Below are positions 41,024-49,425 of a stretch of DNA of 58,957 bases, piece after piece (position 1 is the first letter of the stretch; each line of letters begins with the position of its first letter). The DNA is from Gemmatimonadales bacterium (GTDB lineage: Bacteria; Gemmatimonadota; Gemmatimonadetes; Gemmatimonadales; GWC2-71-9), in assembly GCA_039915645.1 (NCBI GenBank), contig JBDSMX010000263.1:1-58957 (forward strand), written 5' to 3'. The notes below the pieces were generated by a model, which saw nothing but the letters and a program-made list of their open reading frames with translations, had not been told where the DNA came from and did no database searches. The position numbers and the translations under genes are program-made.

Positions 41024-41809
41024 TCAGTTGGGAAGGGTCGAGACCCGCACCATCGGTGTCCCGGGGGCGATGTCGGGCGAGACGATCCGGACGAGGGCAA
41101 CCGACGAGTGCTTCTCGTTGACGGCCACGACTTGCCCGGTCGCCATCAATTCATTGACCAGGTCCGGCGCGTTGAGACGGCGCGCGGGTGCGCGGCGGAC
41201 TTCGACAAAGTCGCCCAGCCTGATCCCGGCGGCGCGTCCCGCATCCATGAAGATGATGTTGCCGGGTTGCAGCAGCTCGCGCGGCTCACGGGGTGCGATC
41301 ATGGTCGCGGCGGGGCCGTTGATCTTCACCGGCTGCACCGTGCCCGGATTCTTGACCGGCTCGAGCGGCAGGGTGATCTGGCCATCCCGGATCGGCCCGT
41401 AAATGGCGAGCACTTCGCCGATGGTCTGGCCGTTGTCGATGCTGCGGATCCGCGCGAGTCCGGTTGGCGTGATCACCTCGCCCCACCCCTTCGGACCGGC
41501 ACGATGCACGCCCAGCATCAGCGTGTCGCCCTTGGCGTAGGAGGCCCCTGCCGGCGGCCGGATCGAGATCACGCTGCCGAGCGCGATGATGGCCCCACCG
41601 GCCGCCGAACGGATCTGCGGCGGGGTGACGGCTCCGAGCACCTGCCCGTAAGGAAGCAGGCGCATCTCGCTGAGGAAGCCAGCCGAATACGACTGACCGA
41701 CTCGAATCGGTGCGTAGGGAACGGCATCGGCTTCGGCCCGCACAATCCCTTCCTGGGCGGCAAGGGGGGCGACGCCGAAGGCGATGAGGACAGCGAGAGT
41801 TGAGCGCAT
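41024..41809 (-). CDS. Secreted beta-rich hypothetical protein
   Basis: Signal peptide MRSTLAVLIAFGVAPLAA-Q. Two beta-rich repeats, with IFMDAGRAAGIRLGD resembling FlgT/TsaP C-terminal domains (from memory). Confidence 0.72.
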   Translation of the reverse strand: MRSTLAVLIAFGVAPLAAQEGIVRAEADAVPYAPIRVGQSYSAGFLSEMRLLPYGQVLGAVTPPQIRSAAGGAIIALGSVISIRPPAGASYAKGDTLMLGVHRAGPKGWGEVITPTGLARIRSIDNGQTIGEVLAIYGPIRDGQITLPLEPVKNPGTVQPVKINGPAATMIAPREPRELLQPGNIIFMDAGRAAGIRLGDFVEVRRAPARRLNAPDLVNELMATGQVVAVNEKHSSVALVRIVSPDIAPGTPMVRVSTLPN

Positions 41810-41986
41810 GGGCAAGGTCTCCGCGAGCGGTGTAGAGCCGTAGCTGCACCACAATTCGTGCCAGACGGAAGTATTCTAACTAGTCTGCTCAGTATCGACC
41901 GCTGGCGCCCCATCCCTCAGCGCCGCGGGGTCCGCCCCCTCCCTGCCTTCCCCGCTCTGGCGCGCATTGGGCTCATCCCGCGCCGG

Positions 41987-42028
41987 AAAACGAGCCGGGC
42001 CTCCCACGGATGAGGGAGGCCCGGCTTG
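41987..42028 (-). terminator. Intrinsic terminator after ssb
   Basis: 13-bp stem AGCCGGGCCTCCC/GGGAGGCCCGGCT followed by CGTTTT on the minus strand. Confidence 0.75.
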
Positions 42029-42097
42029 CGTTCCTCGAACTCGGCGAAAGAGGGGTGGAACGAGGCAACTCTCGCGAAGCACGATTGTGGATAAGCC

Positions 42098-42607
42098 CTA
42101 GAACGGCAGGTCGTCATCCTCGGCGTCGAGCGCCTCGGGGAAGGAGTCGAACGACTCGTCCTTCTTCTCGCCGCCCTTGGGGGAAGGCGCCGCGGGGCGA
42201 CCACCGCCGCCGGTACCACCGCCACCCCAGCTGCCGCCACCGCCCTCGCTCCCCTCGCCCTTGCCCGAGAGCAGAATCAGCTCGCGACCATTGATTTCGG
42301 TGGAGTAGCGGGTCTGGCCTTCCTTGTCCTGCCAGGTGCGATACTCGATCTCACCCTCGACGTAGAGCTTGTCGCCCTTCTTGCAATAGCGCTCGATGAT
42401 GTCGGCGAGCTGCTGGCCATTCTTCGCGTTCCAGAAGACGATACGGTGCCAGGCCGTCTTCTCCTGCTTGCTGCCATCGGCACCCTTCCACTGGCGACCG
42501 GTGGCCAGCGAGACCGTGGCGACGCGCCCTCCGTTGGAGGTGCTGCGCACTTCGGGATCGGCGCCGAGGTTGCCGATGAGGATGACCTTGTTGAGACTCT
42601 TGCTCAT
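42098..42607 (-). CDS. ssb: Single-stranded DNA-binding protein
   Basis: LNKVILIGNLGADPE, WHRIV, Gly-rich linker, C-terminal DDDLPF. Confidence 0.97.
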   Translation of the reverse strand: MSKSLNKVILIGNLGADPEVRSTSNGGRVATVSLATGRQWKGADGSKQEKTAWHRIVFWNAKNGQQLADIIERYCKKGDKLYVEGEIEYRTWQDKEGQTRYSTEINGRELILLSGKGEGSEGGGGSWGGGGTGGGGRPAAPSPKGGEKKDESFDSFPEALDAEDDDLPF

Positions 42608-42698
42608 TGCATGCTCCGAGTTCGATCGAACGGTCTATGGCGATGCGGTGGACAACGACAAACTGACCCGCAGGCCGGCTGTCGTCGGGGAGGATTCA

Positions 42699-43178
42699 CT
42701 ATGGCTCGGCACCCCGAAACGCGGATGGGGAAAGATCCCGACGGAGCACGAGGGCATCCTCGACAGGCCGACGATAATAGCCCTTGCGGAGCCCCGCCGC
42801 GACAAAGCCGGCGTGCTGGTACATCTGGCGTGCAGCTTCGTTGGATGCCCTGACCTCGAGCCAGACCGCATGGGCGCCCCGCTGGACCATCGCCGCGAGC
42901 GCCGCCGTCAGCAGGGCGCGTCCGATGCCGGTCCGCCGGCGGGTCGGATCGGTCGCGATCGTGAGAATCTCGCCCTCATCCACGATGACCCGGCCGAGGA
43001 CGTATCCCGCGACGCTTCCGTCGGACAATTCCGCCGCCATGACCACGGCGCCAGGCCAGGTCAACGCCGTGCGGAGTTGCTCGGTCGTCCAGGGATCAGA
43101 GAACGAAGCGAGCTCGAGTTGCGCGAACGCTGGAATATCAGCGGATGAGGCCTGGCGCAGGCGGCATAGGCCGTCCAT
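42699..43178 (-). CDS. rimI: Ribosomal-protein-alanine N-acetyltransferase
   Basis: FSDPW, RRRTGIG, LEVRASNEAA, RKGYY..PVEDALV; follows tsaB. Confidence 0.9.
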   Translation of the reverse strand: MDGLCRLRQASSADIPAFAQLELASFSDPWTTEQLRTALTWPGAVVMAAELSDGSVAGYVLGRVIVDEGEILTIATDPTRRRTGIGRALLTAALAAMVQRGAHAVWLEVRASNEAARQMYQHAGFVAAGLRKGYYRRPVEDALVLRRDLSPSAFRGAEP

Positions 43179-43860
43179 GCGTTCGCTCCCACACAGCTTG
43201 TGCCTCGGCGGGGCGACCGTAGACCGGTTCCCATCCTGCCGAGTCAGTCACCGTTGTCGTGCCGCCCTCCAGCTCACCCAGCGCGAGCAAGGTCCGAGCA
43301 TCGGGCAGCGCCATTTCACCCCGGATCATCTCACGATTGGTCGTCGCCGCAATGGCGTCCACCAGTGCGTCAGGGACCGTTCCCACGACGACGTCCACCA
43401 CACCAAAGAGTTCAGTGAGCTGGCCCGGAGCGACCGCACGAGGCGAGGGGCCTCGCGCGACGACGCCGTCAGCGCCGATGCGCCAGCAACCGGCATACAG
43501 ATCACCGCGCAGCGCGTCCGAGAGTGAAAGCACGGTGCTGCCGCCAGCGGTGGTATGCGCGGCCGCCCGAATGAGCAGCGATGGTGCCGTCCGCCAGGTC
43601 ACCGATCGTCGCCACGCGAGCGCCTTCGCCACCGTGCTCGCGACGCGCAATCCGGTGAACGATCCGGGGCCGTCGCCCGTGAGCAGCTGCGTCACCTCAC
43701 GCGGCGTCGCATCGAGCTCGCCAAGCACTTCATCGAGCAGCGAGAGGATCGCCTTGGCATGCTGGCGCGATCCGTCGAGGTGTCGATGCGCCAGATGTGA
43801 TCCATCGGTGGCCGCCACGGTGCAGCGATCGCTCGCGGTATCGAATGCCAGCGTGATCAC
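43138..43860 (-). CDS. tsaB: tRNA threonylcarbamoyladenosine biosynthesis protein TsaB
   Basis: LAFDTAS, GPGSFTGLRV, DALRG, EPVYGR. GTG start overlaps the tsaE stop. Confidence 0.92.
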   Translation of the reverse strand: MITLAFDTASDRCTVAATDGSHLAHRHLDGSRQHAKAILSLLDEVLGELDATPREVTQLLTGDGPGSFTGLRVASTVAKALAWRRSVTWRTAPSLLIRAAAHTTAGGSTVLSLSDALRGDLYAGCWRIGADGVVARGPSPRAVAPGQLTELFGVVDVVVGTVPDALVDAIAATTNREMIRGEMALPDARTLLALGELEGGTTTVTDSAGWEPVYGRPAEAQAVWERTHGRPMPPAPGLIR

Positions 43861-44264
43861 GTGATCACCAGGGAACGCCGATCGTCTGGCGCATGGTCCA
43901 GTTGTACCCGCACCGTTGCGGGCGGCGCCCAGGCACCCGCGCGTTCGGGCCACTCGATCAGCAGCAGATCGGCGCGCACCAGCGTCTCCCAGTCGAGGTC
44001 GGCCGCCTGCTCAGGCGTCCGAAGGCGATAGCAATCGAGGTGATACACCGAGCCTCGTGGCGCTTCATAGTGATGCACCAGGGCATAGGTCGGCGACGTG
44101 GCCTCGCCTTCGATCCCGCGGCCGCGAGCGATGGCGCGCACCAGCGTGGTCTTCCCCGCTCCCAGCGGGCCCTGCAGCCAGACCACGCTTCCGCTCGGCC
44201 ACTCCTGCCCGAGCTCGAGCCCGAGTGCTTCGAGTCCAGCCTGATCGACGACCAGACTCGTCAT
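43857..44264 (-). CDS. tsaE: tRNA threonylcarbamoyladenosine biosynthesis ATPase TsaE
   Basis: [27 protein letters not shown]. Confidence 0.95.
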   Translation of the reverse strand: MTSLVVDQAGLEALGLELGQEWPSGSVVWLQGPLGAGKTTLVRAIARGRGIEGEATSPTYALVHHYEAPRGSVYHLDCYRLRTPEQAADLDWETLVRADLLLIEWPERAGAWAPPATVRVQLDHAPDDRRSLVIT

Positions 44265-46303
44265 CGGCGGGCCGCACGGAAGGAACCGCGCTTGACGTTG
44301 GGTGCGCCGACCGCGCGGAGTTCATTGAGCTGATCGCGCAGCATCGCAGCCAGCTCGAACTCCAGATTCGCGGCGGCCTGCCGCATCTGCTGTTCGAGTG
44401 CGGCAATCGCGGCGGCACGCTGCACCGGGTCGTGCAGATCGACGTGCGCATTGGGGTCCTTCCCCTTGCGACGGGGTTCGACCCTTTCGGTGCGCTGGTC
44501 GGCCACGTGGGTCGAGAGCCGAACCTCGTCAAGCGATTTCACGATCGACATCGGCGTGATGCCGTGTTCGAGATTGTGAGCACGCTGGATAGTCCGCCGA
44601 CGGTCCATCTCGCCGATCGCGCGTTCCATCGACCCGGTGATTCGATCGGCGTAGAGGATCGCCTTGCCGTTGACGTGCCGTGCCGCACGGCCGCAGGTCT
44701 GGATCAGCGAGCGATCCGAGCGCAGGAAGCCCTCGTGGTCGGCGTCGAGAATCGCGACCAGCGAGACCTCCGGCAGATCGAGACCTTCGCGCAACAGATT
44801 GATGCCCACGAGCACATCGAACTCGCCCAGACGCAATCCGCGCAGGATCTCGACGCGCTCGATGGCGTCGATGTCGGAATGGAGGTACCGGACCCGGATC
44901 CCGGCCTGCTGCAGATAGTCGGTGAGATCCTCGGCCATCCGCTTGGTGAGCGTGGTCACGAGCACGCGTTCGCGCTTCGCCTCGCGCAAGCGAATCTCGG
45001 CCAGCAGGTCGTCGACCTGGCCGCGCACCGGCCGGATCTGGACTTCGGGGTCGATGAGCCCGGTGGGCCGGATGATCTGCTCGACAATCACGCCCTGACT
45101 CAGGCGAAGTTCGAGGTCGCCCGGCGTGGCCGAGACATTCACCATCTGGGGCGAGAGACCCATGAATTCGTCAAAGTGGAGCGGACGGTTGTCGAGCGCC
45201 GAGGGCAGGCGGAAGCCGTACTCGACCAGCGTCGTCTTGCGGGCTTTGTCGCCATTGAACATGCCGCCGATCTGCGGCAGCGAGGCGTGCGATTCATCGA
45301 CCACGACGAGGAAGTCGGCCGGGAAATAATCGATGAGGCAGGCCGGCCGCTCCCCGGTTTCCCGCGCCGAGAGATGCTTGGAATAATTCTCGATGCCGGC
45401 GCAGGTCCCCACCTCGAGCATCATCTCGATGTCGAAATTGGTGCGTCCCTCAAGCCGTTGCGCTTCGAGCAGCTTTCCCTGGGTCTTGAGTTCCCAGAGG
45501 CGCGCGGCCAGTTCTTCACGGATCGCAGTTACGGCGCGTTCGATGGTCGGCCGCTGGGTCACGAAATGCTTGGCCGGATAGATCGCGCATCGCTCGAGGC
45601 TTGAAATCGTGTTGCCACTCACCGGATGAAAACGGGAGATGCGTTCGACCTGGTCGCCCCATAGTTCGATGCGTACGCCCTGCTCGTCATACGCCGGAAA
45701 GATCTCGATGGTATCGCCGCGGACCCTGAAGGTGCCCTGGTCGAACGCCGCATCATTGCGCTGATACTGGATGCCGACGAGGTCGGCCAGGATTGCATCG
45801 CGGCCGCGCGTCTCGCCCACCGCGACGCTGAGCATGAGCGCGCGGTACGCGACCGGATCGCCGAGGCCGTAGATCGCCGAGACCGTCGAGACGATGACGA
45901 CGTCCTCGCGTTCCATCAGTGATGATGTGGCACGCAACCGCAACGACTCGAGATCCTGGTTGATCGACGCATCTTTCTCGATGTACACGTCGGTCGACGG
46001 GACGTACGCTTCGGGCTGGTAGTAGTCGTAGTACGAGACGAAGTACTCCACCGCGTTGGTCGGGAGAAACTGCTTCATCTCGCCGTAGAGCTGTGCCGCG
46101 AGCGTCTTGTTGTGGGAGAGGATCAGGGTCGGCTTGCCGTAGTTCGCGATGGCATGGGCCAGGGTCATCGTCTTGCCGCTGCCGGTGACGCCGAGCAGGG
46201 TCTGGTACTTGTCGCCACGGATCAGCCCGGCGGTCAGTTCCGCGATGGCGCGGGGCTGATCACCTGCAGGCTCGAAGGGGGCGCGGACCTCAAAACGGGG
46301 CAT
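44261..46303 (-). CDS. uvrB: Excinuclease ABC subunit B
   Basis: [42 protein letters not shown]-terminal UVR domain FELAAMLRD. Start at ATG 46303. Confidence 0.98.
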   Translation of the reverse strand: MPRFEVRAPFEPAGDQPRAIAELTAGLIRGDKYQTLLGVTGSGKTMTLAHAIANYGKPTLILSHNKTLAAQLYGEMKQFLPTNAVEYFVSYYDYYQPEAYVPSTDVYIEKDASINQDLESLRLRATSSLMEREDVVIVSTVSAIYGLGDPVAYRALMLSVAVGETRGRDAILADLVGIQYQRNDAAFDQGTFRVRGDTIEIFPAYDEQGVRIELWGDQVERISRFHPVSGNTISSLERCAIYPAKHFVTQRPTIERAVTAIREELAARLWELKTQGKLLEAQRLEGRTNFDIEMMLEVGTCAGIENYSKHLSARETGERPACLIDYFPADFLVVVDESHASLPQIGGMFNGDKARKTTLVEYGFRLPSALDNRPLHFDEFMGLSPQMVNVSATPGDLELRLSQGVIVEQIIRPTGLIDPEVQIRPVRGQVDDLLAEIRLREAKRERVLVTTLTKRMAEDLTDYLQQAGIRVRYLHSDIDAIERVEILRGLRLGEFDVLVGINLLREGLDLPEVSLVAILDADHEGFLRSDRSLIQTCGRAARHVNGKAILYADRITGSMERAIGEMDRRRTIQRAHNLEHGITPMSIVKSLDEVRLSTHVADQRTERVEPRRKGKDPNAHVDLHDPVQRAAAIAALEQQMRQAAANLEFELAAMLRDQLNELRAVGAPNVKRGSFRAARR

Positions 46304-46340
46304 CCAGTCAATATAACAGGGTGTTTCGGGGAATGTTCGG
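46304..46340 (-). promoter_or_regulatory. uvrB extended -10 leaderless promoter with a direct-repeat operator
   Basis: Minus strand CCGAA-CATTCC-CCGAA-acaccc-TG-t-TATATT-gactgg-ATG. Confidence 0.6.
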
Positions 46341-46350
46341 GAGCACAACT

Positions 46351-46424
46351 GGTGAGATGAGAAAAGAGAGAGGAGAGACGAGAACTGCCCGAGGGGGGCC
46401 GCCTCTTCTCTCCTCTCACCTCTC
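46351..46424. repeat. Inverted pair of degenerate heptamer (nG[A/T]GAGA) tandem arrays
   Basis: Left arm GGTGAGA TGAGAAA AGAGAGA GGAGAGA CGAGAAC; the reverse complement of the right arm reads GAGA GGTGAGA GGAGAGA AGAGG. Confidence 0.7.
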
Positions 46425-46432
46425 TGGTCCCT

Positions 46433-47419
46433 CTACTTCTTCAGAAGGAGGTACCCCGCCACAGCCACGGCAAGGACTACGGCTGTGATCACCGGCACTC
46501 GCCACTTCCGCCACCGGCTTCCCGGGACCGAGACGTACGCCCCGCTGATGACCGAAGGATCATCGAGCTGGCGAATCAGGTCGGCGGCAAACTTGGGCCG
46601 GTCCTTCGGTTCCTTCGAGAGCAATTGGTCGATGATTTTAGCGCAGGCTTTCGGGACGTCGTATCGACGTGACGCGATCGACGGTACCGACTGCATGACA
46701 TGTGAGGCCATCACCTGCTGCGGCGAGACACCGTGGAAGGGCGCCGTGCCGGTGAGCATCTCCCAGGCAACGATACCGAGGGCGTAAAGATCGGCGCGGT
46801 GATCGGTATTCGGATCGCCGGCTGCCTGCTCCGGGGCCATGTAGGCGGGCGTCCCGATCGCGATCCCCGACGCGGTCTTCGCCGAGCTCTGCGCGCCGCT
46901 CACGTGCCCCAGCCGGTGTGAGGCGCGCGAGGCGTTGAGTGCCTTGGCCACGCCGAAGTCCGTCACGACGGCCGAACCACCAGTGAGCAGGATGTTGTCC
47001 GGCTTGATATCGCGATGCACCACGTCGTTGCCGTGGGCGTAGGAGAGTGCGCGCGCCACATCCTTCATGATGCCCACGGTCTCGCGTACCGAGAGCGGCC
47101 CACGGGTCAGCCGCGTCCGCAACGACTCGCCATCGATGAACGGCATCACGAAGAAGGGGAGTCCGTCGACCTCCCCACTGCTCAGGACTGGCACGATGTG
47201 CGGATGCTGCAGTGCCGCGGAGACGAGAATTTCTCGCTTGAAGCGTTCGAGCGAGACCGCAGCCGCGAGCTCGGGTGGGAGCACCTTGACCACCACTTTG
47301 CGGCGGAGCGCGTTGTCCTGGGCCACATAGACCGTGGCCATCCCCCCACCCGTGAGCTCATGTTCGAGCGTCAAGGCAGTTCCAAGGACTCGCTGCAGAT
47401 CGTCACGCGGTGTAGTCAC
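46433..47419 (-). CDS. Hanks-type Ser/Thr protein kinase with a C-terminal membrane anchor
   Basis: GGGMATVY, VVVKVL, HRDIKPDN, DFG, GTPAYMAPE, DLYALG; terminal TM VITAVVLAVAVAGYLLL. Confidence 0.93.
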   Translation of the reverse strand: MTTPRDDLQRVLGTALTLEHELTGGGMATVYVAQDNALRRKVVVKVLPPELAAAVSLERFKREILVSAALQHPHIVPVLSSGEVDGLPFFVMPFIDGESLRTRLTRGPLSVRETVGIMKDVARALSYAHGNDVVHRDIKPDNILLTGGSAVVTDFGVAKALNASRASHRLGHVSGAQSSAKTASGIAIGTPAYMAPEQAAGDPNTDHRADLYALGIVAWEMLTGTAPFHGVSPQQVMASHVMQSVPSIASRRYDVPKACAKIIDQLLSKEPKDRPKFAADLIRQLDDPSVISGAYVSVPGSRWRKWRVPVITAVVLAVAVAGYLLLKK

Positions 47420-47609
47420 TGATTTCCCGGTAGCTGGAAAGGCCCGACGGAGACAGAATATGGCGGGCGTAGGCCGGCGGCCTGCAACCCTGGCTGTAAG
47501 AGTGGGGTCAACCCGGCCAGCCCATACCCAATATCACTTGGATGCGTCTCACCCCCATTCGGTTGCGGGGTGAAACAGGAAGCTCGCGATCCGGGGCGGA
47601 AACGTGGGG

Positions 47610-48020
47610 TCACTTCACGCCAAGTTTCGCGAGCATCGCCCGGTGTTTCGGCGAAACCGGCATGCAGGAGAGCCGGCTGATTCGTACCAGGCCAAGGTCG
47701 GCGAGACCCGGCACGGCCTTGATGGCGGCCAGAGTCACCGGAGCCTTCAGCGGCCGAACGGGTGCAACATCGACTACCACCATTTTCGGGTCGTCAAGCT
47801 TGGGATCCGGGTAGGGACCCTTGGCAATTTTCGCGACCCCGATGATCGCCTTGCCATCGCCGGAGTGATAAATCAGCACTTCGTCACCCTTGGCCATCGC
47901 CCGCAGGTGGATAAGCGCAGCGGCACTCGCGACGCCATCCCAGACGGCGCGTCCGTCTCCAACGAGATCATCCCAGCTGTAGGTGCTCGGTTCGGTCTTC
48001 AGGATCCAGGAAGCAGGCAT
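47610..48020 (-). CDS. EVE domain protein
   Basis: WILKTEPSTYSW, WDGV, GDEVLIYHSG, RISRLS. ATG 48020 overlaps the histidine kinase stop (TGATG). Confidence 0.92.
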   Translation of the reverse strand: MPASWILKTEPSTYSWDDLVGDGRAVWDGVASAAALIHLRAMAKGDEVLIYHSGDGKAIIGVAKIAKGPYPDPKLDDPKMVVVDVAPVRPLKAPVTLAAIKAVPGLADLGLVRISRLSCMPVSPKHRAMLAKLGVK

Positions 48021-49420
48021 CAGGTGGTGATCCCCCACGCGAGAAGAAGACTCAGGGCACGTACCGCGCGATAGGCACCCGACCGAAATGGCATTGTTCC
48101 ATCTCGGGGGGCCGACGCGATTGGCAACTGGACGATGGCCCGGCACCCCGGCTGCGGCGAACGGTTCTCGAGTCGGACGGTACCACCGTGCGCTTCGGCA
48201 ATCCGCCGCGAGAGTGCGAGGCCGATCCCCGAGCCGCCGGGTTTCGTCGTGTAGAAAGGAACAAAGAGATTGGCGGTGTCGGCAATCCCGCTCCCGTCAT
48301 CCTCGACCAGCACTTCGAGATCGTCGCCACGAACGACCCAGGTGACCGTCACACCCCCACCGCTGTCGGCAACCGAATCCACCGCGTTCCGCACGAGATT
48401 GATGAGCAACTGATCGAGTTGGTCGGCATCGGCCGACACCACTTCGTCCGGCCCGGGCACCACCGTGACGCGCAACCGCGGCTCGAGCGGCACCACCCGC
48501 CGCACCCACTCCGCCACGCGTACAGGAGCCAGCACCGGTCGAGGAAGTCGTGCGAGGCGGGCGTAGGCCGCGATGAATCGTCCCAGCGAATCGGCCCGCT
48601 GTCCGATGACTTCAAGCCCCTCTCGCAAATCGGCGTCGCTCTCGCTGGTATGCGCGCCGCGCTCGACGATCGCTTGCAATGACCCGGCGAATGAACGGAT
48701 TGGCGCCAACGAATTGTTGATCTCATGCGAGAGCACACGAATCAGTCGCTGCCACGCTTCACGCTCCTCGGCCTGCAGCGCCCGGCTCACGTCGGTCAGG
48801 AGCACCAGCGTGTGCGGCCGGCCGTCTTGCCGAAACGAACTCCTTCGCAGCTCCCAGCGATTGGCGTATGAACCTCGCTGATCGAGCACCCTCGGGGTTT
48901 CCCCTTCGAGGCAATCCTCGAGACCGAGCTCCGCTGCCTGCCGACCGACGAGGCGTTCCATCGGCTCGTCAAGCAGTCGCTCGCCCCCGCGATTCACCAG
49001 TACCAGAGCTCCGCTGGCGTCGAAGGTGAACACGGCGGCGTCGATTTCGGTCATCACCGTGCGGAGCAATGCGGTTGCTTCGATCACACCAAGACGCTGA
49101 CCGCGAAGCATTTCGGCGAGAGCATTCGCCTCCTCATACAGGAGGCCGAGGTCATCGTCGGGGTCCGACGATCGGGCTCGGTGGGAGAAGTCGCCTTCCC
49201 GCATTGCCGCGAGCAGGTTGGAGACCGTCTGCAGCGGCCGGATCACGCGCTCGTGGAGGACCATCAGCCCGATGCCGAGCGTGCTCGCAACCACGAGCGT
49301 GCCGGTCCATTGCAAGCGGGAGCTGTGGGGTTCGACCCAGAGCAGCACGAGCGCGGTCACCACTGCCGGCAGGGCGGCCCACGCTGCGATGGCGACGATG
49401 CGCCGGGGCTGCGAGGCCAT
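48020..49420 (-). CDS. NtrY-like sensor histidine kinase (2 TM, HAMP, PAS, HisKA, HATPase)
   Basis: H-box LSHEINNSLAPI, N-box NLVRNAVD, DDGSGI, FYTTKPGGSGIGL. Confidence 0.93.
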   Translation of the reverse strand: MASQPRRIVAIAAWAALPAVVTALVLLWVEPHSSRLQWTGTLVVASTLGIGLMVLHERVIRPLQTVSNLLAAMREGDFSHRARSSDPDDDLGLLYEEANALAEMLRGQRLGVIEATALLRTVMTEIDAAVFTFDASGALVLVNRGGERLLDEPMERLVGRQAAELGLEDCLEGETPRVLDQRGSYANRWELRRSSFRQDGRPHTLVLLTDVSRALQAEEREAWQRLIRVLSHEINNSLAPIRSFAGSLQAIVERGAHTSESDADLREGLEVIGQRADSLGRFIAAYARLARLPRPVLAPVRVAEWVRRVVPLEPRLRVTVVPGPDEVVSADADQLDQLLINLVRNAVDSVADSGGGVTVTWVVRGDDLEVLVEDDGSGIADTANLFVPFYTTKPGGSGIGLALSRRIAEAHGGTVRLENRSPQPGCRAIVQLPIASAPRDGTMPFRSGAYRAVRALSLLLAWGITT

Positions 49421-49425
49421 CGCGG

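Noticed and set aside
42086-42094. Replication origin
   Set aside because: Only one DnaA box, no AT-rich unwinding element, and no dnaA/dnaN nearby.
42180-42260. GGC-rich low-complexity tract
   Set aside because: It encodes the normal Gly-rich linker of SSB.
43853-43868. 16-bp perfect palindrome GTGATCACGTGATCAC
   Set aside because: It coincides with the tsaE stop/tsaB start overlap, where both frames encode V-I-T; coding constraint explains it.
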